Origin: Candidatus Ozemobacteraceae bacterium
Lineage (GTDB): Bacteria; Muiribacteriota; Ozemobacteria; Ozemobacterales; Ozemobacteraceae
Direction: 5' to 3'
Length of the DNA: 64,000 nucleotides
Assembly: GCA_965140445.1 (NCBI GenBank)
Contig: OZ223236.1
Location: forward strand, 4,416,001-4,480,000
Every line of letters begins with the position of its first letter. Position 1 is the stretch's first letter. The translations under genes and the position numbers were made by a program. Below are positions 1 to 9,630 of this stretch, in pieces. The notes below the pieces were generated by a model. That model ran no database searches. It was not told where the DNA came from and saw nothing but the letters and a program-made list of their open reading frames with translations.

Positions 1-1622
1 AAATAAATTTCATCAGGTTGACTTAAAGCAGGCGAAAATTCATCTGAAAATTGCCCAAGATTAAGATAATCAACTCCCGGTCGCTGCATCAATTCAGCAA
101 GAGAAATCTTCTTTTTTAAGTCTCCAGTTCCTGAAGTTTTGAGCTTTTCACGCATTTCAGTTGTGGGAAACACGCACAATTCTTCAAGTCGAGCAACTTC
201 ATTAAAAATTCGGGTTGTCCAGCTTTTTACTTTTTTATATCGCTCTTCTGAAACAAGCCCAACGAAGTAGCCGTCTTCAATAAGCCTGAACTCAGCAGAA
301 TCATCCCGAAGTGTGAGCCTGAACTCAGCATGTCCCGGAGTTATTCTGTAGGGTTCGTCTCTATCCCAGGTTGCAAGGTCATCAACTAATACTCCAATAT
401 AACTACGAGTCCTGGAAGGCCAATATGGATCTTTTCCCTGAATACTTAGGGCAGCATTAATACCGGCGATTAAGCCTTGTGCTGCCGCTTCTTCGTATCC
501 TGAAGTTCCATTGATTTGCCCTGCGGTGTAAAGCCCTTTAACACACCTGGTTTCCATGGTTTTTCGAATCAAGCCTGGTGCCAGTGCATCATATTCAATT
601 GCATAACCATATCTTAAAATTTCTGCGCTCTCTAATCCCGGGACTGAAGATAATATATCTCTCTGGGAATGGGGTGGCATGCCTGTCGTTAATCCCTGAA
701 GATATAACTCTTCAGACTCTCTGCCTTCTGGCTCTACAAAGATTTGATGAACAGCCTGGTCAGGAAATTTTAAAATTTTCCGATCGATTGAAGGACAATG
801 TTTTGGTCCAACGTTGGTAATATTTTCCAGTACTAGTGGACTGTATTCCAAATTTCTTTTTACAGCCTCAACCGTCTCCTGACTTGTAAAAGTCAAAAAA
901 CAGGAAAGCTGGTTTTCGTATTTTCTGGTTCTATTTTCCCAGCAAAAGCCACCGGAATCATCATCTCCCGGTAATTCTCTCATTTTAGAATAATCTACGC
1001 TTGATTTTAGAACTCTTGGAGGAGTTGCTGTCTGCAATCTTCTCAATTCAACTCCAGCATTTATTAATGAATCTGATAGTCCCATTGCTGGTCTTTGATT
1101 ATGAGGACCGCTACTCCAACTGGAACTTCCTAAAATAATTCTGCTATTTAAATATGTTCCTGAAGTAACAATTAGTTTCCTGCAAAAAAATTCGAGTCCG
1201 GTTTCAAGCTTTACACCAGAGATTTTCCCGTTAACAGTTGTTATATCAACAGCCTGCCCTTGCCTAACTGTAAGGTTTTTCTGATTAAATAAAGTTTGAG
1301 TCATTTTTTGTCTGTAAAGAACTTTATCTGCTTGAGCCCTTCTTGCTCTAACTGCAGGCCCTTTTGAGGTGTTCAACCATTTCATTTGAACACTGGTTTC
1401 ATCGATACAAGAAGGCATTTCGCCTCCCAAGGCTCCGATCTCTCTCACCAGGTGTCCTTTACCGGGACCGCCAATGGATGGATTACAGGGCATCAGAGCA
1501 ATGGTAGAAATATTCATCGTTAAAAGAAGGGTATCCACCCCGAGACGAGCACTCGCTAAAGCCGCTTCACATCCGGCATGCCCTGCTCCAATAACAATTA
1601 CAGAAAAAGTTCTACTCTGCAT
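1..1622 (-). CDS. mnmG: tRNA U34 carboxymethylaminomethyl modification enzyme MnmG/GidA (3' end runs off the window)
   Basis: Not in the ORF track. Hand translation from ATG at 1622 gives MQSRTFSVIVIGAGHAGCEAA...MPCNPSIGGPGKGHLVREIGALGG...SKGPAVRARRAQADK...GYAIEYD...AGQINGTSGYEEAAAQG. Directly downstream of mnmE. Confidence 0.96.
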   Translation of the reverse strand, partial: MQSRTFSVIVIGAGHAGCEAALASARLGVDTLLLTMNISTIALMPCNPSIGGPGKGHLVREIGALGGEMPSCIDETSVQMKWLNTSKGPAVRARRAQADKVLYRQKMTQTLFNQKNLTVRQGQAVDITTVNGKISGVKLETGLEFFCRKLIVTSGTYLNSRIILGSSSWSSGPHNQRPAMGLSDSLINAGVELRRLQTATPPRVLKSSVDYSKMRELPGDDDSGGFCWENRTRKYENQLSCFLTFTSQETVEAVKRNLEYSPLVLENITNVGPKHCPSIDRKILKFPDQAVHQIFVEPEGRESEELYLQGLTTGMPPHSQRDILSSVPGLESAEILRYGYAIEYDALAPGLIRKTMETRCVKGLYTAGQINGTSGYEEAAAQGLIAGINAALSIQGKDPYWPSRTRSYIGVLVDDLATWDRDEPYRITPGHAEFRLTLRDDSAEFRLIEDGYFVGLVSEERYKKVKSWTTRIFNEVARLEELCVFPTTEMREKLKTSGTGDLKKKISLAELMQRPGVDYLNLGQFSDEFSPALSQPDEIY

Positions 1623-1626
1623 AAGC

Positions 1627-3003
1627 CTATTTACCAATACAAAACTTTTCAAAAATCAAATCAAGAGTATTCACATCAATAGTTTCACCAGTTATCCGCC
1701 CAAGTTCTCTTACAGCTTCTTCGAGCTCAATGGCAAGCATATCCTGATAAATATTTCCAATCCCCACGCTTGCTCTTTCAAGAGCACTTAAAGCATTTTC
1801 CAGAGATCGCATTTGCTGAGCACCCAAAAGAACCATATCTTCAAATCCGACCATTCCTTTTTCGTCTAAAATAACTTTTAAATTATCCAGCAAAACCGAG
1901 TATCCGTCTCCTGAAGTAACAGATAACTTTACGGGAACTATTTCACCAAAGAATCCCAAATCAAAACCAGTAGGAAGATCGGACTTGTTTAAAACACAAA
2001 TAAATGGCTTATCCTGAGATTTCAATTCTTCTAAGATCTCTAAATCCTCTTTTGTTGGCGAAGAAGAACTATCAAACATGGCTATAATAACAAAAGCCTC
2101 ATCAATAGCTTTTCTTGTTCGCTCAATACCAATCTTTTCAATACTATCTCCAGGATTTCTAATACCTGCAGTATCAATAATTTTTAATGGAAAACTACCA
2201 AAATTAAAGTTTTCCTCTAGAGTATCTCTCGTAGTTCCAGCAATATCAGTTACAATTGCTCGATCCCTTCCGAGAATATAATTCATCAAGCTGGATTTTC
2301 CTGAATTAGGCTTACCTACCAGAACCACCTTTAAACCTGATGCAACAAGACTTCCATTCTTTGCATTTTGCGAAAATCCTTCTAATTCAAAAAGAATTCT
2401 CTTTAGCTCGATTCCTAAGCGATGCTCATCAATAGCTTCAATAGCATCTTCTGGAAAATTTAAACTTGCCTCAAGCTGCACTAAATGCTCCAGCAATTGC
2501 TTTCTAAAATATGCGACCCTCTGAGAAGGCAATCCATCAAGTTGGTTTAAAGCAAGCCTTGCCTGAGAAATATTTTCTGCGCTAAGAATGTTTGAAGTTG
2601 CCTCAACTTCCAGAAGATCCATTTTGCCATTAAGAAAAGCTCTCCTGGTAAATTCTCCTGGTTCAGCGCTTCTGGCACCATGTTTTAAAATCTCAGACAG
2701 AACCCTGGTAACAATTACCGGATTGCCATGGGTTGTAATCTCTGCGCAATCCTCGCCTGTAAAGGAATGGGGAGCAATAAAGCATGAAACAAGGACCTCA
2801 TCAAGCTTAGCTTTTGTTTCAGGGTCAATTATTTTCCCATAGAAAACAGAATAAGGCAGGGGGAAAGTTTTCTTTCCCCCTGTTTTAAAAATCTTTTTTA
2901 GAATTTCAAACGTTAAAGGCCCCGAAACTCTAATTATACTTAATGCAGCTTTCCCGACAGGTGTTGAAATTGCTGTAATTGTGTCTACTTTGGGTCTAGA
3001 CAT
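1627..3003 (-). CDS. mnmE: tRNA modification GTPase MnmE/TrmE
   Basis: TITAISTP, PHSFTGED, GEFTRRAFLNGK, G1 GKPNSGKS, GTTRD, DTAG, NKSD and C-terminal FCIGK. Start reassigned to ATG 3003 (MSRPKVD), overlapping the jag stop. Confidence 0.97.
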   Translation of the reverse strand: MSRPKVDTITAISTPVGKAALSIIRVSGPLTFEILKKIFKTGGKKTFPLPYSVFYGKIIDPETKAKLDEVLVSCFIAPHSFTGEDCAEITTHGNPVIVTRVLSEILKHGARSAEPGEFTRRAFLNGKMDLLEVEATSNILSAENISQARLALNQLDGLPSQRVAYFRKQLLEHLVQLEASLNFPEDAIEAIDEHRLGIELKRILFELEGFSQNAKNGSLVASGLKVVLVGKPNSGKSSLMNYILGRDRAIVTDIAGTTRDTLEENFNFGSFPLKIIDTAGIRNPGDSIEKIGIERTRKAIDEAFVIIAMFDSSSSPTKEDLEILEELKSQDKPFICVLNKSDLPTGFDLGFFGEIVPVKLSVTSGDGYSVLLDNLKVILDEKGMVGFEDMVLLGAQQMRSLENALSALERASVGIGNIYQDMLAIELEEAVRELGRITGETIDVNTLDLIFEKFCIGK

Positions 3004-3967
3004 CTTCCTCCATGAACATTGGAACTGCAGTTGGAACGTCTTCTCTTTCCTGCTCGATAGCCTCTGAAGGAGCTGGTTGCCAACCAGAGTTAACATGAGT
3101 TCTCTTTTGCTTTACAGGGGTTATAACAACTCTTCTCATTGGTTCAATGCCCTTTGAAAAAGTTTCAATATCTGTCTTATCTTTTAATGCCATGTGGATA
3201 GTTCTTCTATCAAGCGTAGACATTGGCTCCAATTCAACCTGTCTTCTTGAAGAAACAGCTTTTTTGCTCATTCTAATAGCTAAGCTGATAAGGTTTTTAT
3301 ATCTCTTCTCTCTGTAGCCTTGAGCATCCAAAACCAGTTTAATTCTGTCATCGCTACCTTTGTTCAAAATAATATTCATAAGGTATTGAAGAGAATCCAG
3401 GGTTTTTCCATGCTTACCAATCATTTGAGAAACGTTCTCACCAGATGCTTCTATAACCCAGGCACCATCTCTCTGATAATCTTCAAGTTCAAGACCGTCA
3501 ACGCCCACAACTTCAGAAATTTCTTTGATGAGATCAAAAATCAGTGGATATGAAGTGTGGCTTTTAATTTCTTCAGAAACTTCTTCTTTTGGCCTATCAG
3601 GCATTTCAAATTCAACCTGTTCCCTTGGCTCTCTTCTTCTTGGTGGGCGTTCGTTTCTTTCTCTTCTTTCGCCCCGATCAGGTCTTTCTCTTCTTGGAGC
3701 TCTTTCAGAATTTTCCTGTCGATCTGCAGGTTTTTCAGCAACATCTTCCCTGGTTTTTTCAGGAGCTGGAGCTTGTTTAGCAACCGCTTTTTCGCCAATG
3801 GTAAATCTAATTTTAAATTCTGGCTTACCCACTAGTCCAAATATTCCTCTGGCTGGTGCAGAAAGAATTTCAGAACTAATTATCGATTCGTTTGAATTAA
3901 GTTCAAAACCAACAAGTTCTTTGGCTTCCTCTTCTGATTTGGCTGTAATTTCTATTGTTCTGCTCAT
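2996..3967 (-). CDS. jag: Jag/EloR/KhpB RNA-binding protein (Jag_N, KH, R3H)
   Basis: N-terminal Jag_N (RGIFGLVG), KH GxxG (IGKHGKTLDSLQYL), R3H (LEPM...RRTIH). Lies between yidC and mnmE. Confidence 0.93.
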   Translation of the reverse strand: MSRTIEITAKSEEEAKELVGFELNSNESIISSEILSAPARGIFGLVGKPEFKIRFTIGEKAVAKQAPAPEKTREDVAEKPADRQENSERAPRRERPDRGERRERNERPPRRREPREQVEFEMPDRPKEEVSEEIKSHTSYPLIFDLIKEISEVVGVDGLELEDYQRDGAWVIEASGENVSQMIGKHGKTLDSLQYLMNIILNKGSDDRIKLVLDAQGYREKRYKNLISLAIRMSKKAVSSRRQVELEPMSTLDRRTIHMALKDKTDIETFSKGIEPMRRVVITPVKQKRTHVNSGWQPAPSEAIEQEREDVPTAVPMFMEEDV

Positions 3968-3973
3968 ATATGG

Positions 3974-5572
3974 TTACTCCTCCTTAATAGCTGCCGCATG
4001 ACGGCTAGCCTGTAACTGCTGGATTAAACCGATCACACTGCTGGCAAACCAATACAATAACAGTCCGGACGGAAGTGACCATGTGATCATAAACATGAAC
4101 ATGGGCATCATTGCCATCATTTGCTGTTGTTGCTGTTGCTGAGGATCAGTCATTTTGTTCTGCTGATAATACATTAGAGCTGCAATTGCAATCGGGAGTA
4201 TTAAAAGGGGATCACCCTTAGAAAGATCTGGAACCCAAAGGAAAGGGATCTTTCTTAACTCAACAGCGATTCTGATTGTATTATACAGAGCAATTAGAAT
4301 TGGAAGTTGAAGAAGCAACGGCAAACATCCACCCAACGGATTTACGTTGTGCTTCTGATATAGCTTTAAAACTTCTTCGTTAAATTTCTGTGGATTGTCT
4401 TTGTGTCTATCTTTTAAATCCTGGACTTTAGGCTGAATTTTCTGCATTTGAGCCATTGAGTTTGTTTGTTTTAAAGTCAATGGATAAAGAGCCAGTCTAA
4501 CTACAAGAGTTAAAAGAATAATAGCTAACCCATAATTTGGGATCAAACCATAAAAGAATTGGAGAATTCTCAATAAAATCGTACTCAAAAAACCATAATC
4601 AGAAACCTGTTCACGATTAATTGCCTTCAATTGATCCAATAGCATTGGCCCGCTATAAATTTTAATTCCAAAAGTTCTAGATTCTCTTGCACCAAGATTG
4701 AAAGTAGGTATATGGATATTTATCAAGTGACCTTTATGCTTCTTTTTCTTAGCGTCTAAAGGATTTACATCAAAATCAAGAGCTGAAATTTTTACAAGAG
4801 ACGGAACTTCCATTAAGACACAGAAATAATCATTTTTTAGACCTATGCCAGAAAAGCTCGGAATCAAGCCAGCTTTATTCAAAGATTCAGCATCAGAAAA
4901 CTTTTCGACAACGCCACCCTGTTTTAAACCAAGAATAGTTGCCTGTCCAAAAGGATCCATAAAGATTCCTGGACCATAGGAAAACTTCAGACCACCGTCT
5001 TTTTCATTTCCAACAGCGACAAGTTTTTCGGCAAGATTTGAAACAATGTATTCCACTGAAAATTCATAGGACTTATTAAAAATTGTATATTTTTTGGCTA
5101 AGCTAATGCCACCCGTTTCAAACTTTTCCCCGGCAATATTTGCGGTTGCAACGATCACAATTTTTTCTGCATCCTTATCGTCTACAGAAATCTGGTAACC
5201 AAATTTGCTCGCGACATCCCCAACAACCTCACCACTGAAGGCTTTCATTGTTTCAGATGCAAACTGATACCCGATATCCTGAAGAACAGGGGGATACATA
5301 TTTTCTTCGAAGTTTTGCCCTTTGAGATAAAGGACCGAGGGATTACCAGTTTTGCTAGAGATAATCATTCGTGACAAATCAGTTTCAATAGAACAGTCTT
5401 TTAAACCATCCCCATCAACATCCTGTATCACAGCAGTGGGTAGTGTAGCAGCTGTCTGCGCAAACAATCCCTGATTAAAAAAAGCTATACCTAAAACAAC
5501 AAAAAAGCAGACAAGTCTGCTTAAGTCGATAAAACGATTTCTTCTAAAGTCAAAAAAATTCCTTGTTTTCAT
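3974..5572 (-). CDS. yidC: Membrane protein insertase YidC with long extracytoplasmic domain
   Basis: NYGLAIILLTLVVRLALYPL, VNPLGGCLPLLLQLPI, FLWVPDLS, PSGLLLYW. Start probably ATG 5572 or 5578; the ORF extends to 5617. Confidence 0.95.
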   Translation of the reverse strand: MKTRNFFDFRRNRFIDLSRLVCFFVVLGIAFFNQGLFAQTAATLPTAVIQDVDGDGLKDCSIETDLSRMIISSKTGNPSVLYLKGQNFEENMYPPVLQDIGYQFASETMKAFSGEVVGDVASKFGYQISVDDKDAEKIVIVATANIAGEKFETGGISLAKKYTIFNKSYEFSVEYIVSNLAEKLVAVGNEKDGGLKFSYGPGIFMDPFGQATILGLKQGGVVEKFSDAESLNKAGLIPSFSGIGLKNDYFCVLMEVPSLVKISALDFDVNPLDAKKKKHKGHLINIHIPTFNLGARESRTFGIKIYSGPMLLDQLKAINREQVSDYGFLSTILLRILQFFYGLIPNYGLAIILLTLVVRLALYPLTLKQTNSMAQMQKIQPKVQDLKDRHKDNPQKFNEEVLKLYQKHNVNPLGGCLPLLLQLPILIALYNTIRIAVELRKIPFLWVPDLSKGDPLLILPIAIAALMYYQQNKMTDPQQQQQQQMMAMMPMFMFMITWSLPSGLLLYWFASSVIGLIQQLQASRHAAAIKEE

Positions 5573-5613
5573 AATCATCCCGCCAGTAGGCTTCCGGGAA
5601 CCTTTCTTCAATT

Positions 5614-5898
5614 TCATTTTCTCTTTAAGGCTTGCCGGTCAGGTACTGGGTCTTCCCCCCCACGGCAAAAAGGATTGCATCGTAAAATTCGCCAACAACC
5701 CATTAGGCAGCCCCTGAAAAAACCAAACCTTTCAATTGCTACTAACATATAGCTTGAACAGGTCGGCTGGAATCTGCAGTTAGCTCCAAGCAAGGGGGAA
5801 ATCCATCTCTGATAGAAACGAATCGCCTTGATCCCCACAACTCCAAGCAATGAAACTTGTTCAATTGCACTGGAATCTGTCTTTTGTTCAGTTTCCAT
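5614..5898 (-). CDS. yidD: Membrane protein insertion efficiency factor YidD
   Basis: [40 protein letters not shown]. Start taken as ATG 5898. Confidence 0.94.
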   Translation of the reverse strand: METEQKTDSSAIEQVSLLGVVGIKAIRFYQRWISPLLGANCRFQPTCSSYMLVAIERFGFFRGCLMGCWRILRCNPFCRGGEDPVPDRQALKRK

Positions 5899-6256
5899 CA
5901 GACATAGCGAGAAATATTCTTTTGGTCTTGTCAAAAGCCCAATCTAAAGTCTTTTGAAGTACATCAAACGACAGCTCCCTACACGGTTTAGCCACACAAA
6001 TAATTATATCGGTGGATTCTGGGAGCTTATTGGACAATCTGATGATCTCACGGATCCGACGTCGCAATAGATTTCTTTCAACTGCTATTCCATGACGCTT
6101 TGGAACAGACATTCCATATCTGAAACGTTGTTCTTCAGCTTTCCGAAAATAGAAACCCAACCCATTCCGAAAAAAGCGCTTACCCTGTTTAAATACGCGC
6201 TGAAAATCGGAATGGGTTCGCAAAGTGGACGGACCCTCGTTCAAAAGGTTCCCCAC
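5888..6256 (-). CDS. rnpA: Ribonuclease P protein component
   Basis: [20 protein letters not shown] and the RNR-type motif [13 protein letters not shown]. Follows rpmH. Confidence 0.93.
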   Translation of the reverse strand: MGNLLNEGPSTLRTHSDFQRVFKQGKRFFRNGLGFYFRKAEEQRFRYGMSVPKRHGIAVERNLLRRRIREIIRLSNKLPESTDIIICVAKPCRELSFDVLQKTLDWAFDKTKRIFLAMSDGN

Positions 6257-6265
6257 CAGTCAGGC

Positions 6266-6400
6266 TCAAACGCAAAGTTTCTTGCGTCCACGCAGTCTGC
6301 GGCGTTTCAGGACTTTTCTTCCAGAAACAGTAGAAGCTCTTTTACGATAGCCGTGTGTTTTTGCACGTTTACGTTTGTTAGGATTATAAGTAAAACTCAT
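6266..6400 (-). CDS. rpmH: 50S ribosomal protein L34
   Basis: Not in the ORF track (44 aa). Translates as [44 protein letters not shown], with an AGGAGA RBS upstream. Confidence 0.96.
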   Translation of the reverse strand: MSFTYNPNKRKRAKTHGYRKRASTVSGRKVLKRRRLRGRKKLCV

Positions 6401-6440
6401 GGTTTATCTCCTGAGGTTGGACTCTAAATAGAAGGTCTTA

Positions 6441-6469
6441 ACTATATATCATTGGCAAAAAAAAGTCAA
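6441..6469 (-). promoter_or_regulatory. Sigma70-type promoter of the rpmH operon
   Basis: Minus strand reads TTGACT-N17-TATAGT, about 40 nt upstream of the rpmH ATG. Confidence 0.7.
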
Positions 6470-6543
6470 CATATTTACCCCTAAACATTAGAGGAGAGTA
6501 GAAATTTCTCAAAGATTATAATAAAAAGGGTACACAATCAATT

Positions 6544-9500
6544 CTAAGAAAAAGAAAAAACAGAAATTTCATCTTTTTTTCCCTTAACTCTGATTGTAGA
6601 ATATGAAATTTTTTGATTATTGAAATAAGTATTTTCCTTAGACTCCAGGCAAACCCAATTTTTGAGGTTTATATCAGCCACAACAGAATCTGGATGATCT
6701 AAAGTACATAACCTCGCTGCCAAATTAACCTTATCTCCAATAATAGCCTGTTCCTGACGCACTTCTTTAACCCCAATGATTCCTGTATAAATATTTCCTG
6801 CTGAAAGGCCAACTTTCACCTTACAACCGCAAGAATGCAGTTCTTCAATTAAAATTTTAGAAACAAGCGAAGCAGCATTAAGAGCAGTCACGACAGCTTC
6901 ACAACGGGAAGAAAATTTTCGAGCATAAAAAACCGCCAAAACTTTTTCTCCAATAAATTTATTAATCTCTCCACCGCTCTCGCTCATGATATGGCAAACC
7001 TGTTGGAAAAAGGCGTTTAAACTTTTCAATGCCCTCTGCGGGGGAAGAGTTGAAAGTGCATTCTTAAAATCTTCCATCTGCACAAACATAATCACAGCCT
7101 CTTCAGCTTGAGACTTCGAAACTTCTGAACTATCAATTTCGGATTTAACAAACTCAAAAGCTGTTTCTCCTACAAATTTCTTTAAAATCTGTCCACTCTC
7201 AACACTTTCTGCGAGCTGATTGAATTCACTCCCCAAATCTTGAATTTCTCTGTCACACTCCTCAACATTTATCCTTCTTGAAAAATTCCCTTCAACTATA
7301 TCTTTTGAGGCAGAACTGAGATCCATAATCGGCTTGAGAATCTCGGAAGCAATTCTTCCGCCTAGAAAAATAGCCAAAACAAAAACGACAATTATCAATG
7401 CCTGTACATTTCTCTTAAACAACTTCAACTTGCTCAATATTTCGTCCAAAGGAACCAAAATAATCGCACAAAACTCATCTGCCTCTTTACTTGGTTGAAC
7501 AAACAAAAACCACTTTTCACCAGCCCATTTTATTTCGGAAATCAGAGGCTGCCCAATTTTTACAGCGCTATAAACAGACCTGGAAAATACTTCAGGGAAA
7601 TAATCATAAAGCATCAACATTGAATTGCCTGTTCTTCCAACATAAGCTTTCCAAAAAGGATATCGCAAAAACCAGCTATTCCAGTTTTTAAAACCAATTA
7701 ACCGCATAGAGTTTTTTATAGAGCTATTTTTTGACCCTTCTGACCAATCTCTAAAAAACTGCCTATAAAGCGACGGAAAATGTACAGCTGTTTGAAAAAC
7801 ATGATCCATATTGTCTTTCAAACCAAAGAAACGGTGATATAGCTGAACCTGCTTTCCCCAACCCTTCAGTTGATCCAACGACTTAATTGTCTGTCCTGCA
7901 AAAGGAAAAAATCTCTCAGGCAAGATAGTCCTAAAATAACCAAAAAGTTCCTCAGTCTGGGCTTCCAGAAGCAAATTTTCCTTACCTTGGGGGACTTTAT
8001 AATCAGGATTGAATCGTTTCAATGCATCCCTGAAAAAAGTTATGCCAAAATTTGTAAGAAATCTCTTATCATTTTTTTCGTTACCAGGAAAAAAGCTGAA
8101 AGCATAATTGTCCGCCCTCAAAATCATAATATTTTTTAAGTGAACCCCATAAGCAAAAATAGCATCAGAAATGCTTTTTAAAATGACATCTTCAAAGTTA
8201 GTTTTTTCTACAGATTTACCTGAGTATTTTTTTAGCTTTAAAAGTTGATCTCTTAACTTGGAGCTAGTTATCAATTTATCAAGCTCGGCACAAACCCAGG
8301 ACTTATACAACCCCAGGCCAGCCTCAAAATTTCTTAGAGTTTGAACTCCACTATTTTGAACCTTTTGCAAAGTCCTCTGCTCTTTTTCTTCAAGATATCT
8401 TTCCATCATCTCCCAACCCAGAAAAGTCGGTGGAAAAAGCAAAATGAAAATGATTACTGAAACCTGCGTTTTTAACCCTAAAGTTACCTTTTTATTCATT
8501 ACGAAATAGCAGCCAGTTCCCCAGATAATTGCAAAAACCCAACAACAAAGAAGCGTAAACAATATTGGGCTGAAACCTCCAATAGTCTTAGTAGAGGCTG
8601 GAAGCCTTCTTGATAAGTTTACCGAAATAGAGTGTCGGAGTAATATTTCAGCCTGAGTTTGCAACTCATTGCCAACCTGAATAAACCCTGACCTATTGCT
8701 TTCAGATTCTTTAATAAACGAAGACCTAATGCCCTTTAAAGATTGATTATTAAACGCTTCTGCTTTTGAAAATTTTAGAAACAAGCCGTCTTCTGCAAAA
8801 TTCTCTGCAGCAGCTTTTAACAAAACCTGCTCTTCAACTGATCTGATTTTTTTTGAGTCATATACAACCGAAATCGCGCCCAGGAGCTGAACAAAATTTA
8901 AATCTCGAGGATCTCCGTTCAAAAGATTCATTTTGCCTAGTCTTTTCGGATTGTCCACCCAATTTGAAAAAAAGAATGGTGACCAAAAATATTGCTTGGT
9001 TTTACCTTTTACATAAATAGTAGAAAATTTCCCGGTTGCTGCTCTGGATAAGCCACCGCTAGCCTCATAAGAGCCCCTGTCCAAATTTTCCTCTAATTTT
9101 TTCCCAACAAGAGCGTTAAGTTTATAGTTGAACTTTTTATCAGCAAAATTCTTGATATTGACCAGCATCATATATCTATCAAGGTCTTTATCAATTTGAT
9201 ATCCGTGGGAAAATTTTTCTACAAGGTCGCGCTCTTTAAGTATTTGCTTTGCGTAGTCAGCCGGCACTGTATACTCATAAAATCGCCAACTTAAACCTGG
9301 CAGTTTTGAATAAAATTTATTTTTCAAAAGTCTTTTGAGTTTAGCTTCGATAAAATCTCTGGGAGAAATAACTTTTTGAGATTGATCAATAATTCTACGA
9401 ATATCTCTTCGGATTTTCCAACCAAGCTGATAGTCAAGATTCATTGTTTTACTAACAACAACTATGTCATTTATCAAACGCCTTTTTGTTTCGCCTATTA

Positions 9501-9630
9501 TCTTGTTATTAATCAGCTCTGCTAACCTAGTTCTGCCAACTGAAAAAATGCACAAAATCATAATAGTAAAAAAGGAAATTGTAAAAACAACTAAGGATTT
9601 ATTTTTACCAACTGAACTGAGCCATTTCAA
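6544..9630 (-). CDS. 4-TM sensor-HAMP class III nucleotidyl cyclase, C2-like half (lacks the metal-binding Asp pair)
   Basis: HAMP (PIMDLSSASKDIVEGNFS...EIQDLGSEFNQL). Cyclase motifs MFVQMEDF, INKFIGEK, IIGDKVNLAARL and IRVKGK. TTG start overlaps the upstream stop (TTGA). Confidence 0.88.
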   Translation of the reverse strand: MKWLSSVGKNKSLVVFTISFFTIMILCIFSVGRTRLAELINNKIIGETKRRLINDIVVVSKTMNLDYQLGWKIRRDIRRIIDQSQKVISPRDFIEAKLKRLLKNKFYSKLPGLSWRFYEYTVPADYAKQILKERDLVEKFSHGYQIDKDLDRYMMLVNIKNFADKKFNYKLNALVGKKLEENLDRGSYEASGGLSRAATGKFSTIYVKGKTKQYFWSPFFFSNWVDNPKRLGKMNLLNGDPRDLNFVQLLGAISVVYDSKKIRSVEEQVLLKAAAENFAEDGLFLKFSKAEAFNNQSLKGIRSSFIKESESNRSGFIQVGNELQTQAEILLRHSISVNLSRRLPASTKTIGGFSPILFTLLCCWVFAIIWGTGCYFVMNKKVTLGLKTQVSVIIFILLFPPTFLGWEMMERYLEEKEQRTLQKVQNSGVQTLRNFEAGLGLYKSWVCAELDKLITSSKLRDQLLKLKKYSGKSVEKTNFEDVILKSISDAIFAYGVHLKNIMILRADNYAFSFFPGNEKNDKRFLTNFGITFFRDALKRFNPDYKVPQGKENLLLEAQTEELFGYFRTILPERFFPFAGQTIKSLDQLKGWGKQVQLYHRFFGLKDNMDHVFQTAVHFPSLYRQFFRDWSEGSKNSSIKNSMRLIGFKNWNSWFLRYPFWKAYVGRTGNSMLMLYDYFPEVFSRSVYSAVKIGQPLISEIKWAGEKWFLFVQPSKEADEFCAIILVPLDEILSKLKLFKRNVQALIIVVFVLAIFLGGRIASEILKPIMDLSSASKDIVEGNFSRRINVEECDREIQDLGSEFNQLAESVESGQILKKFVGETAFEFVKSEIDSSEVSKSQAEEAVIMFVQMEDFKNALSTLPPQRALKSLNAFFQQVCHIMSESGGEINKFIGEKVLAVFYARKFSSRCEAVVTALNAASLVSKILIEELHSCGCKVKVGLSAGNIYTGIIGVKEVRQEQAIIGDKVNLAARLCTLDHPDSVVADINLKNWVCLESKENTYFNNQKISYSTIRVKGKKDEISVFSFS

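Noticed and set aside
4122..4142. Poly-Gln run in YidC as a possible slippage repeat
   Set aside because: Mixed CAG/CAA codons, in frame, and a Gln-rich stretch is normal at this YidC position.
6457..6464. A8/T8 homopolymer in the rpmH promoter spacer (phase variation?)
   Set aside because: Short run in an AT-rich genome, upstream of essential genes, with no evidence of variability.
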